DNA of 64,000 nucleotides. It comes from Candidatus Thorarchaeota archaeon (GTDB lineage Archaea; Asgardarchaeota; Thorarchaeia; Thorarchaeales; Thorarchaeaceae). Under the pieces are notes generated by a model, which was not told the DNA's origin, ran no database searches, and saw nothing but the letters and a program-made list of their open reading frames with translations. The position numbers and the translations under genes were made by a program. Numbering within the stretch: the first letter of the stretch is position 1; every line of letters begins with the position of its first letter. Shown here piece by piece: positions 28,674 through 38,167 of the stretch. The stretch spans positions 96,001 to 160,000 of the forward strand of contig JAFGAR010000081.1 in NCBI GenBank assembly GCA_016933575.1, in the 5' to 3' direction.

Positions 28674-29302
28674 TCCTCTCTATCATCAAGCAGTTCTCTG
28701 GACAATCGGTGCGCTTGGCGCAAGACTTCAGGATAGCCCTCTATGCATGAGTTTCTTACAATTTGTACAGCTGTTTCTAATGAGACTCTATGTCCTATTG
28801 AGATATAGATTGGTCTTTTTTTATTCATCCACAATGCTCGTCCAAGAAGTTCGTCTTCATGGATAATATCCGCAGTGTTTCCTGAACGTACTCCTAGCTC
28901 CCCTAGCATGAGTTTCTTCGCTACTCCTACAGTCTGAAGATTCATCGTTAATCCTACATAAGAGGCAAGGCCAAATCGTCGAGGGTGAAGTATTCCATTT
29001 CCATCAATCAGGACAATTCCAGATGGTACTTTCAATCTCTGAAGTAACTTGATAAGTATCGGTCCTTCTCGTAGTTGGAAAAATCCCGGAATATATTCTG
29101 ATTCAATACCGGAAGTGACTGTAGTAGAGTATATTATCTCCCTTGTAGTGATGTCTGAAACCACAGCACATCCAAACGCAATGCTGTCACTATATGAAAC
29201 ATCAACGCCAGTCACGACCGTACCAATATCCTGAGGCTCATCATATCTCTTGACAAAATTAGAAAGTTCTTCTTGATCTGTTGCCAAGGTCTTCAGATTC
29301 AC
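28670..29302 (-). CDS. nfi: Endonuclease V
   Basis: GVDVSY, YIPG...RE, IDGNGILHPRRFGLAS, GVAK, PIYISIGH, PE.LR.AH. Confidence 0.95.
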   Translation of the reverse strand: MNLKTLATDQEELSNFVKRYDEPQDIGTVVTGVDVSYSDSIAFGCAVVSDITTREIIYSTTVTSGIESEYIPGFFQLREGPILIKLLQRLKVPSGIVLIDGNGILHPRRFGLASYVGLTMNLQTVGVAKKLMLGELGVRSGNTADIIHEDELLGRALWMNKKRPIYISIGHRVSLETAVQIVRNSCIEGYPEVLRQAHRLSRELLDDRED

Positions 29303-29455
29303 TGTTCTATCACTCTCTCTTCTACTAGGTTTCTTTACTAAAATGGATTTATCGGACCTTTTGTGCTTGTTCGATAACTACTAAAGAGAGCTTCTGTGAA
29401 TTTCTCCTGACAGGTACGTCTTCATACCGTTTACTAGTCAGAGGTTGTTCCTACG

Positions 29456-30985
29456 ATGATTTTGATAGATGGAGAAAGTCTTTCGATTGAGGATGTTGTT
29501 CAAGTTGCTCGTTATAAGAAGAAAGTCGAGCTTGCTGTAGCAGCAATTGAAAAGATCAAAAAGAGTCGTGATGTCGTCGAGACTGCCATCAATGAAGGAC
29601 GTACTGTATATGGAGTGAATACTGGTTTTGGTGAACTTGCAAGTGTTTCCATCAGTAGAGTAGATTTAGCGAGTCTTCAAGTGAATTTAATCCGAAGTCA
29701 TTGTGTTGGTGTTGGTGACCCCTTCGTAGTTGAGGTCGTCAGAGGAATGATGCTTCTTCGAGCAAACGCTCTCGCTAAAGGATATTCAGGGGTTCGACCT
29801 GATGTGATAATCACTTTGATTGAAATGCTTAATGCTGGAGTGGTTCCAGTCGTTCCCCAACAGGGATCCGTTGGTTCAAGCGGTGATCTTGCGCCTCTTG
29901 CCCATATGGTCTTAGTGATGATTGGTGAGGGTGAGGCTTTCTACAAAGGAAAGCGAGTGCCCGGCTGGGATGCCATGGAGAAAGCAAAAATCAAACCGTT
30001 GGTTCTTCAAGCGAAGGAAGGCGTAGCGCTCATCAATGGAACGCAGCCAATGACATCAATAGGAGTTCTTGCAGTATATGATGCACTGTCTACAATTAAG
30101 GATGCAACTATTGCTGCTTCAATGAGTCTTGAAGCTCTTCGAGGAACACGTGCAGCGCTTGATTCAAGAATACATTCACTTCGTCCGCATGAAGGGCAGG
30201 TTGAGATAGCTGATGCAATGCGCCGAGTCCTTCTTGACAGCGAGATTAATCAATCACATGCAAACTGTGGTAAAGTCCAGGATGCCTATTCACTCCGGTG
30301 TTCTCCCCAAGTCATCGGGGCATCCTTAGACACAATACGTTATGTCCAGAGTATCTTGGAGACCGAGATAAATTCTGCAACTGATAATCCTCTTGTCTTC
30401 CCGGAAAACGGAACTGTTGTATCTGGTGGGAACTTTCATGGTCAGCCTATAGCCCTAGCAATGGACTTTCTTTCTATTGCTCTATCAGAGCTTGCAAACA
30501 TCGCTGAGCGAAGAATCAATCGGCTCGTCAACCCTCATCTAAGTGGTCTTCCTGCCTTCCTCACCACTGAGAGTGGACTTGAATCAGGGATGATGATAGC
30601 TCAGTATACTGCAGCAGCTCTTGTATCAGAGAATAAGGTACTTGCACACCCTGCAAGTGTTGACTCAATTCCTACAAGTGCTGACCAAGAAGATCATGTC
30701 AGTATGGGTACGATTGCGGCACGAAAGGCTTCTACCATTCTAGAGAATGTCAAGAATGTCATAGCAATCGAGTATATGTGTGCCGCCCAAGGCATTGACC
30801 TACTTTCCCCTCTAAGACCATCAGGACCTCTCCAAACCGGTCATTCAACACTACGAAAAGCTATCACTAAACTCGAAGACGATCGAGTTCTTAGTGAGGA
30901 TATCTCCAAGATTCGTGAATTAATGGACCAAGGTGCTATAGTGAAAAGTGTTGAGACCATCACGGGTCATCTGTTGGATGTCTAA
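29456..30985 (+). CDS. hutH: Histidine ammonia-lyase
   Basis: YGVNTGFG, LIRSH specificity pair, GSSGDLAPL (MIO), KEG.ALINGT, QDAYSLRC, GNFHG, EDHVSMG. Confidence 0.96.
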   Translation: MILIDGESLSIEDVVQVARYKKKVELAVAAIEKIKKSRDVVETAINEGRTVYGVNTGFGELASVSISRVDLASLQVNLIRSHCVGVGDPFVVEVVRGMMLLRANALAKGYSGVRPDVIITLIEMLNAGVVPVVPQQGSVGSSGDLAPLAHMVLVMIGEGEAFYKGKRVPGWDAMEKAKIKPLVLQAKEGVALINGTQPMTSIGVLAVYDALSTIKDATIAASMSLEALRGTRAALDSRIHSLRPHEGQVEIADAMRRVLLDSEINQSHANCGKVQDAYSLRCSPQVIGASLDTIRYVQSILETEINSATDNPLVFPENGTVVSGGNFHGQPIALAMDFLSIALSELANIAERRINRLVNPHLSGLPAFLTTESGLESGMMIAQYTAAALVSENKVLAHPASVDSIPTSADQEDHVSMGTIAARKASTILENVKNVIAIEYMCAAQGIDLLSPLRPSGPLQTGHSTLRKAITKLEDDRVLSEDISKIRELMDQGAIVKSVETITGHLLDV

Positions 30986-30987
30986 TT

Positions 30988-32262
30988 CTAGGGACCAAAT
31001 TTTGTATGTACTAATTGCCCATTCACAACCACGGTATGAACAAGATTGACTCCAAATCTCCAAGTAAGAAATTCAGGATTCGGACAATCAAGAATTAGAA
31101 TGTCTGCTCTCTTACCTTCTTCTATGCTTCCTATAGAGTCAGCTCGATCAATAGCGTGTGCTGCGTTAATCGTGACTGCAGATATGGCTTCTCGAGGTTG
31201 CATCTTCATCTTATAGCACGCTAGTGCAATTGTAAAGAACATGGACTCGTTGGCGCAATTGGGGTTGAAATCCGTAGCAAGGGCTACAGGCAATCCCATC
31301 TCTATCATCTTGCGTGCGTCTGCATAGTTTGTATTGAGGCTAAATGCAGTTGCTGGGAGTAGGGTTGCAATAGTACCTGCCTTCAACATTGCCTCTAATC
31401 CATCATCTGAGGCCATCAGTAAGTGGTCTGCTGATATGGCTCCCATCTCAGCCGCTAGTTCTGCACCCCCTAGCTGAACGATCTCATCAGCGTGAACTTT
31501 CAATTTCATGCCTGAGCATTTTGCAGCGTATAGAATATTACGTGACTGTTCAACTTCAAAGACTCCTTTTTCACAGAAGACATCACAGAATTCCGCCAAT
31601 TTCTTTTCAGCAACCGCAGGTATCATCTCATTGATGAGAAGGTCCACATAATCCTCAGCACGTCCCTTGAATTCTGGTGGGATTGCATGTGCCCCTAAGA
31701 ATGTTGAGACCAGACCTGATGGTATCATTCGACCAAGCTCTTGAACAGCTTGGAGCATCTTGAGCTCATTTTCGGTGTTTAATCCATAGCCACTCTTTGC
31801 CTCAATGGTCGTGGTTCCCATGCTCAACATACTCTCTGCGTAAGAGAACGCATTGCTGACAAGCTGATCTTTTGTTGAAGCTCTCGTATGCTTCAATGTA
31901 TTAAGAATCCCACCTCCTGCTTCAAGAATCTCTAGATAGTTCTTTCCTTCCAATTTCATCGAGAAGTCCTTCTCTCGAGACCCTCCAAATGTAAGGTGGG
32001 TATGACTATCAACAAAACCCGGTATGGCAAACATACCTGGGAATTCGATAGGTGGCAAGTCTGGCATCTCTGTGATGTTTGCAAGAATCTCGTCAGTCCT
32101 TCCCACATCAATGATAATCCCATCCTTTATTGCTATTGCACCATTTTCAATGATGGTCAACTCCTTCAAGGCTTCCCCCTTTTTTGGTGTGTTGCTATAA
32201 CCTGCTAGGGTCGCCATTTGGCCAATGTTTGTGAGGAGGAGGTCAGGTTTCATTTCATTCAC
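30988..32262 (-). CDS. hutI: Imidazolonepropionase
   Basis: PGFVDSHTH, GGGIL, GTTTIEAKSGYGL, DVFCE, HADE, SADHL, ALATDFNP. Confidence 0.95.
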   Translation of the reverse strand: MNEMKPDLLLTNIGQMATLAGYSNTPKKGEALKELTIIENGAIAIKDGIIIDVGRTDEILANITEMPDLPPIEFPGMFAIPGFVDSHTHLTFGGSREKDFSMKLEGKNYLEILEAGGGILNTLKHTRASTKDQLVSNAFSYAESMLSMGTTTIEAKSGYGLNTENELKMLQAVQELGRMIPSGLVSTFLGAHAIPPEFKGRAEDYVDLLINEMIPAVAEKKLAEFCDVFCEKGVFEVEQSRNILYAAKCSGMKLKVHADEIVQLGGAELAAEMGAISADHLLMASDDGLEAMLKAGTIATLLPATAFSLNTNYADARKMIEMGLPVALATDFNPNCANESMFFTIALACYKMKMQPREAISAVTINAAHAIDRADSIGSIEEGKRADILILDCPNPEFLTWRFGVNLVHTVVVNGQLVHTKFGP

Positions 32263-32366
32263 CTGCTTTTTACATACATAGTGATTGATTTAGGTTGTGC
32301 TCCTCGTAGAGGCATTAATTAGGTAGCTAATCACGAGATGTACAAGCACAACTCGAGGCATTACTC

Positions 32367-32948
32367 ATGGACTACTTAATTCTGAGCTGGCAAGATGTGT
32401 ATAATCTAACTCTACAGCTATCAGAGAAGATTGTTTCAAGTGGGTTTAAACCTGATATCATTGTAGGGATTGCACGTGGTGGATGGATTCCTGCTAGAAT
32501 TCTCTCGGATGTATTGTATATGGAGTCTTTACACAATATTCGTATCGAATACTATACAGATGTGGGAGTCAAGGGGAAAGAACCAAAGATAACCCAACCA
32601 TTATCTGGGTCTCTTGAAGGGCATACTGTTCTCTTGGTTGATGAAATTGCAGATACAGGAGATAGTCTGTATCATGCCATTAATCATGCTAAATCTCTTG
32701 GTGTGAAGAATCTGCGTTCAGCTGTACTCCATCTCAAACCCACATCAAGAGTGATTCCTGATTACTATATGGTAAAGACGAGTAGTTGGACTGTCTATCC
32801 TTGGGAAAATCGAGAATCAATAATTTCATTGGTCAAGATATTCAAGAACGAAAATCCCGCGCAGTCGATGAAAGATATTCGTGATAAATTGGTCTTCGAA
32901 GTTGGATTTGAACCAACTGTAGCCGATTACTTCATCAGTCGTCTGTAG
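32367..32948 (+). CDS. Type I phosphoribosyltransferase (archaeal purine PRT-like)
   Basis: IARGGWIPA, VLLVDEIADTGDS PRPP loop, W.VYPWE. Confidence 0.9.
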   Translation: MDYLILSWQDVYNLTLQLSEKIVSSGFKPDIIVGIARGGWIPARILSDVLYMESLHNIRIEYYTDVGVKGKEPKITQPLSGSLEGHTVLLVDEIADTGDSLYHAINHAKSLGVKNLRSAVLHLKPTSRVIPDYYMVKTSSWTVYPWENRESIISLVKIFKNENPAQSMKDIRDKLVFEVGFEPTVADYFISRL

Positions 32949-32973
32949 TTCACGCATCATTGAGGACTGTCTA

Positions 32974-33555
32974 ATGTTACTTGAAACAATCATATGGAAT
33001 GATGAAGAATTCCACGTAGGAATCTCTGAGATTATGGTTTCCAAACAACTTGACAGGGATGTACTATTGAATCTAGCCAGCATGTTATCTGAAAAAGTGT
33101 TTGCCCTGCAATTCTTCAATAGTGCTATGATTGTTGATGAAGTACATCTTCTCTCGGCAGCTCAGAATGCAATGAATGCAATGAAAGGCAACTACATGAT
33201 ATCGCGAACCTTCGATGTTGAGATTGCTATCTATGCATCTGCTCAACATCAAATTGGGCGAGCTCTTGAGATGATGGGTGTTACTGATGATACGAAAAGT
33301 GTCTGTGTCGTCATCGTGGATTTGAAGAGTGCTGCCATTCGTGAATGTATGTCAGAACTCATCGATACTCTGGGGCAAGAAGCCAAACCTCAATTCAAGG
33401 CAACAGCTGAGAAAATCAGTGATTTAATGAGAGTGTTCAATATCAGTGAGGTTGAGATGAATCAATTTACTAATGACCTTAGTATTGACTCAAGAAAGAA
33501 AGCTCTGCTAAAATGCGTAGTGAGTAGAGTATCGCAAGCAACACTTGCATCATGA
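32974..33555 (+). CDS. cgi121: KEOPS complex subunit Cgi121
   Basis: HLLSAA.NA...ISR...EI..YAS..QI..AL..MG. Confidence 0.85.
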   Translation: MLLETIIWNDEEFHVGISEIMVSKQLDRDVLLNLASMLSEKVFALQFFNSAMIVDEVHLLSAAQNAMNAMKGNYMISRTFDVEIAIYASAQHQIGRALEMMGVTDDTKSVCVVIVDLKSAAIRECMSELIDTLGQEAKPQFKATAEKISDLMRVFNISEVEMNQFTNDLSIDSRKKALLKCVVSRVSQATLAS

Positions 33556-33558
33556 ATT

Positions 33559-34116
33559 CTAGTATTGGTCATCTCTCATTGTCATTATGGATAGGATATC
33601 ATCCTCTTCCTTTAGGATAGCCATTCCTGTCCATTCTCCCACTATCTCGACCCATATGTTCTTGTCTGGATTATCAAGATTCACAGTTCTCGGTATCTCG
33701 TGGGCAACGACTTCAACTACTTCCATATGTTCTAAGTTAGTATGTCTTCTTCGTACAGTCACCCGGAATGTTTCATCCTCTGATATCTTCTCCAAAAGTC
33801 TTCGCGCGACTTCTGCGATTGTTTCTAAATTAGATTCTACGCAATATTCGAATGGGGTGAATCTGATTGAATATCGAAATTGATATGGATTCTCAATGGC
33901 GAATTCTCGCAGTCTGTGAACCACTTCAAAGGGATCTAACGACGTCTTACAACTAATCAACCCGGATATTGGAGTCCTTGAGATATGAAGGTCCTCATCA
34001 CCCAGGAGATCTCCAATAAAATATTGGACCTCCGACTTAGCAGCACGTTCACGGTCTCTTGGACAGGCTACCAGTAGATTGTATTCTCGCAGTAAGTTTC
34101 CCTCACATGTCTGCAA
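33559..34116 (-). CDS. Stand-alone THUMP-domain RNA-binding protein (Tan1-like)
   Basis: ETFRVTVRRR, VNLDNPD..I.VE. Confidence 0.88.
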   Translation of the reverse strand: MQTCEGNLLREYNLLVACPRDRERAAKSEVQYFIGDLLGDEDLHISRTPISGLISCKTSLDPFEVVHRLREFAIENPYQFRYSIRFTPFEYCVESNLETIAEVARRLLEKISEDETFRVTVRRRHTNLEHMEVVEVVAHEIPRTVNLDNPDKNIWVEIVGEWTGMAILKEEDDILSIMTMRDDQY

Positions 34117-34837
34117 AGATGATGCGTGTTGTCCAGAGCCTCAGTGCATCTGAGTCAACCTTCAGATTGGCTTCTAGATCATTGATTGTTAGTGCTCCCT
34201 CTCTGTATACTTTGATATTCAATGATTCTGTTTCTTCAGCTCTCTCAACGCCAATTATGGTGGAGTTTTCAGAGAGCTTGGATGGTCCTGCATCAATGTA
34301 TAGGTCCACCTCATCACCTAACTGCTCCAAGGCTACTGAAACATCAAAAGGACTTGCTCCTCCACTTCTATTTGCGCTGGTTCCTACTATTGGGCCTCCA
34401 ATCATACCTGCTATACCTCTTGGTACAATATGATTTGGGACTCGGATTGCAATTGAGTCTCTCCCTGCAGTAATATGTTCAGGAATTTCAGGTCTTGGTT
34501 TGACAATAAGCGTAAGAGCTCCTGGCCAGAACAGTTTTGCAATGACAGTTTCTAGGGTACCAAATTCATGATATACTTCACACTGTGAGATATCTGAAAA
34601 TAGAAGTGGCACTCCTAATTGACGGTCTCGTCTCTTGACTGAAATAAGTCGACTTAGAGCATCAGCATTTTGTGCATCACAGCCTAGCCCATAGCTTGTA
34701 TCAGTTGGATAGACGACAATGCCTCCATCTTTAATCACGTTTGCTGCCCTTTGGATGATGGAATCACAATCACTCAGATTCTCAATGCTCATTATCTCAG
34801 CTGTCAATTGACTTCCCATTCTGAATCCTGCAAACAT
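34103..34837 (-). CDS. tsaC: L-threonylcarbamoyl-AMP synthase (YrdC/TsaC domain); true start may be 34819 or 34792
   Basis: YPTDTSYGLGC, K.R, FWPGALT, AIRVP, TSANRSG, ST. Confidence 0.93.
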   Translation of the reverse strand: MFAGFRMGSQLTAEIMSIENLSDCDSIIQRAANVIKDGGIVVYPTDTSYGLGCDAQNADALSRLISVKRRDRQLGVPLLFSDISQCEVYHEFGTLETVIAKLFWPGALTLIVKPRPEIPEHITAGRDSIAIRVPNHIVPRGIAGMIGGPIVGTSANRSGGASPFDVSVALEQLGDEVDLYIDAGPSKLSENSTIIGVERAEETESLNIKVYREGALTINDLEANLKVDSDALRLWTTRIIFADM

Positions 34838-34882
34838 ACATATGGCCCTTACGCTCCATGTTCATCAAGCGGAGGAATAGAA

Positions 34883-35926
34883 ATTTTCGGAGTAATCTTG
34901 GCTGCAGGCAAGGGCGAGCGAATGAACCCTCTCACCCTTGAGATTCCAAAGGCTCTTGTCTATGTTGCAGGTAAGACTCTCCTAGAATGGAGTCTAGAAC
35001 GTCTCTTTCTTTCCGGATGTAATGATATCATTGTAGCAACTGGTTGGAAGAGTGAACTAATCAAAGACGCATTAGACGCGATAAAAATGCCTTCAGTTGA
35101 AAAGACATCAGGATCAGTATCAATTATTGAAGTACCAGAATACGAACGAGGTCCCTTGCAGACATTTGTAACAGCAACAGGTATGGTCCATGGTTCTACC
35201 AACATCCTCAATCCTGTCGATCTGATTATCTCAATGAATGACGTCAAAGCAATCATATCCGCTCATCCAAAACATGACCAATATGCTGTTACCTTGGCAA
35301 TCGATTACGATAGCAATCGAGGAAGTGAGGTCTCTCTCGGTTCAGATGGCCAAATTCTAGCAATCAATCAAGAAATTCGAAAAGGCTCCAAGAAGGCAAA
35401 GAGTGCGCTGTTACTCACATTCTCTTCGGGAGTCATTGAGCTTTGCAAGAATGAGTTAGACCGTGGTGAGAGCCGAATCTTTCCCGTACTAAATAATATG
35501 ATACAAGTCAGGGATCATAAGGTACATGGGTATTCTGTCACCGGTATCTGGTATGATGTTGATACAATTCACGATGTATTGAGTGCTAACAAACATCTTC
35601 TTGGTTCTGTGATTAAGCAGAAACCCGACTCTGTGTATATTCCAGATGGTGATACAATGCAAATAGAAGACTTCCTATCCCTCGATTCTGGAATCCGTAT
35701 AGGTCGTGGTGTTCTCTTGAAAGGACCCTGTTTAATCGAAAAGAATTCATCAATAGGGGACAAATGCATCATTGGTCCTTACGTTAGCATGGCGGAAGAT
35801 ACGATTATCGGAGATAATAGTGAAGTTCAAAATACAGTCATCTTTGGTTCGTCCAATGTGCCCATCAACAGTCGAATTGATGGGACCATCATCTATCAAT
35901 CAAATTACTATCGAGAGGAGGCTTAG
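34883..35926 (+). CDS. Sugar-phosphate nucleotidyltransferase with C-terminal left-handed beta-helix; probable non-canonical start
   Basis: VILAAGKGERM.PLT..PKAL, W.DVDT..D, hexapeptide repeats; start discussed in findings. Confidence 0.85.
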   Translation: MFGVILAAGKGERMNPLTLEIPKALVYVAGKTLLEWSLERLFLSGCNDIIVATGWKSELIKDALDAIKMPSVEKTSGSVSIIEVPEYERGPLQTFVTATGMVHGSTNILNPVDLIISMNDVKAIISAHPKHDQYAVTLAIDYDSNRGSEVSLGSDGQILAINQEIRKGSKKAKSALLLTFSSGVIELCKNELDRGESRIFPVLNNMIQVRDHKVHGYSVTGIWYDVDTIHDVLSANKHLLGSVIKQKPDSVYIPDGDTMQIEDFLSLDSGIRIGRGVLLKGPCLIEKNSSIGDKCIIGPYVSMAEDTIIGDNSEVQNTVIFGSSNVPINSRIDGTIIYQSNYYREEA

Positions 35927-35929
35927 TAA

Positions 35930-36538
35930 ATGCCAAGTAAATTCCGCGTTCGGGGATTCTTTCGAGGAATTGTCCTTAGAATTGCCCGACCTCTTGCACG
36001 AGCTGGGGTCTCACCAAATTCCATTACCTATGCTAGTCTATTTTTTGCTCTCTGTGCATTTCTCGTGCTGCCGCTCACAGACTCTCCTATCCTTTTTGGA
36101 ATACTCGTCTTTGTCACAGGATTACTGGATGGCGTTGATGGAAGTGTAGCACGACTTACCGAGTCCTCATCTACTACTGGCGGACTAATCGACTCGGTTG
36201 TCGATAAAGCTTCTGAAGTACTGATCCTCACAGGAATTGCTCTTCGATACCAAGACGCTATCTTTCTTGGCCTTTCAGTTGAATTATGGGTGATCTTTGC
36301 AATTTTTGGATGGTTGATGACGAGCTACACGCGTGCACGCGCTGAGAGTCTTGAGGTGTCTGATCTGGATATCGGTGTAGGAGGGCGTTCTGAACGCTTA
36401 CTCACTCTAGTGATATTCTCAATCTTTGGATTTATTCTATGGGGCCTGCTTGTTGTTACAATAATGGGGTTTGCAACTGCTGGATACAGATTATATCACT
36501 ACAAACAGCAACTTTCTGCCCGAGAATCAAACAACTAG
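35930..36538 (+). CDS. CDP-alcohol phosphatidyltransferase (archaetidylinositol-phosphate synthase-like)
   Basis: SPNSIT, DGVDGSVAR...G..IDSVVD, SYTRARAE, G...R.ER. Confidence 0.9.
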   Translation: MPSKFRVRGFFRGIVLRIARPLARAGVSPNSITYASLFFALCAFLVLPLTDSPILFGILVFVTGLLDGVDGSVARLTESSSTTGGLIDSVVDKASEVLILTGIALRYQDAIFLGLSVELWVIFAIFGWLMTSYTRARAESLEVSDLDIGVGGRSERLLTLVIFSIFGFILWGLLVVTIMGFATAGYRLYHYKQQLSARESNN

Positions 36539-36610
36539 TTGATGCACCGCCATACTTAAGAGTAAGTCAAAAAAGGCCGCCATAGAATCAGCTTACGGAG
36601 ACAATTTTCG

Positions 36611-37030
36611 ATGGCCAAATTCAGAGCGGATCACTATCTAATTGCAGAATTTGAAACTACACCTGATACCAAAAAGGTAGGAGAGAACGTCCTAGCCGCC
36701 TTAAAGGAACTTTCTGAGATGAAGGATCTTGCCATTGTATCTAAACGCATGGAAGGAAAATCTTGGTCCGAAATAGTAGGTCGTATCGATATTCCAGCTG
36801 GCTCGAAAGCATTCTGGGCGATGATTAAGAAGGAACTATCTGAGCGAGAGCCATATCACCTCTTCATCCGTTTTGATATGAATGCAGAAGGAGCAAATAT
36901 TGACGAAGCTCGTTCAGCTGTGAAATCTTGGATAGAAACCAATATTGTTCCGAAAATTAAGGCTAAGACCTCAATCAAGAGTTTGAAAGTACTTCAACCA
37001 AATGAGGTCTATATGCCCAAACTTGACTAG
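36611..37030 (+). CDS. Hypothetical soluble protein
   Basis: Clean 139-aa ORF with GGAG upstream; no family recognised. Confidence 0.65.
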   Translation: MAKFRADHYLIAEFETTPDTKKVGENVLAALKELSEMKDLAIVSKRMEGKSWSEIVGRIDIPAGSKAFWAMIKKELSEREPYHLFIRFDMNAEGANIDEARSAVKSWIETNIVPKIKAKTSIKSLKVLQPNEVYMPKLD

Positions 37031-37035
37031 ATCTC

Positions 37036-38049
37036 TCACTCTTCTAATACATCAATGATGTGCAAATTGCTACCTACTGCTTGCACAATCTCGTATCGAT
37101 TATCTCCATCTATATCCCCGGCGGCAACAATGGATTCCGTCGATTTCTTGGTTGTCTTGAGCGTGGTTTCCTCATTGATTCGATTTCCGATCAATGAGAG
37201 TATCGCAATTGTAGAGTTTGCATGACTCACAACCATCTGTCCCTGTTGATGGTCCAAATCCCAAAATTTACCCATTCTAATCGAGCTCACTGGACTTGGC
37301 GCTCGTATAGAATCTAGTTTTTCCATCGTACCTTTTACAAATCCGAATAGACTGAGTGTACGACCATCCGAGACAGTAAGTGTTTCATAATTCTCATCGT
37401 TGGTGATATCGCCTGTAGCTACTAGACCAACCTCACCACCAACACTGATCTTTGCTCGTTCATGTAGTCGATCATCTGCATATTGATAGATGTAAAAATA
37501 ACCCGAGTCATCTCCAAACACGAAACGACTGTACGGCATCCCCTTGGTCATCAGAGGTCGTATCGATAGTACGGGTCTCTCAAGTACCTTATGCGCGAGT
37601 TTATCGAGAGCAACATCATACCACCCATAACACCTCATACTACCATCACTGGTTGATACCACAACTTCAGAGCTCTCATCATCAAGGACGTTTAAGACTG
37701 CAATTGCTGTTGTTAGACTACCTAGAGGAGTTGATGCTTTGACACTAATACTATCATCCATGTACACAAATACGCGCAGGATGTTGTCAAGCCCCCCCAT
37801 TACAAAATCCGGTATACCATCGCCAGTCACATCTCCTATTCCGATGGCAGCTAATGGCGGGAGTCCTCCTATGTTACACCGCTCTTTGAGCGGTTTTTTA
37901 TCATCACGATTGAAATCATATACTCTTACATCGCCATTAAGCGTGGTAGTGATTATATTGGTCGTTCCATCTCTCTGTAGGTCCACAAGCTCGACAGATG
38001 TAATTGCTTCCTTGAAAGCAACTTTTGCAGCAATGTCTAGCTTAGTCAT
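37036..38049 (-). CDS. FG-GAP/VCBS-type beta-propeller protein
   Basis: Repeated D.x.D(G) loops: GDVTGDGIPD, GDITNDENYE, GDIDGDNRYE. Confidence 0.75.
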   Translation of the reverse strand: MTKLDIAAKVAFKEAITSVELVDLQRDGTTNIITTTLNGDVRVYDFNRDDKKPLKERCNIGGLPPLAAIGIGDVTGDGIPDFVMGGLDNILRVFVYMDDSISVKASTPLGSLTTAIAVLNVLDDESSEVVVSTSDGSMRCYGWYDVALDKLAHKVLERPVLSIRPLMTKGMPYSRFVFGDDSGYFYIYQYADDRLHERAKISVGGEVGLVATGDITNDENYETLTVSDGRTLSLFGFVKGTMEKLDSIRAPSPVSSIRMGKFWDLDHQQGQMVVSHANSTIAILSLIGNRINEETTLKTTKKSTESIVAAGDIDGDNRYEIVQAVGSNLHIIDVLEE

Positions 38050-38167
38050 TATTCCGAGGGCCTCTTAAAATTGGAGCATGATGGAGTAGGTTGAGGTTCT
38101 TGATACCATTTAAGAGTTCTTAGATTGTTGCTAGTTCCCCTGAACTTATGTGCTTAAGTCTGAGAAT

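Noticed and set aside
34751-34882. N-terminal extension of the nucleotidyltransferase ORF
   Set aside because: Overlaps the divergent tsaC gene and precedes the family's normal N-terminus.
36547-36584. Direct repeat CCGCCATA x2 in an intergenic region
   Set aside because: Only two 8-mers, which is insufficient support for a regulatory call.
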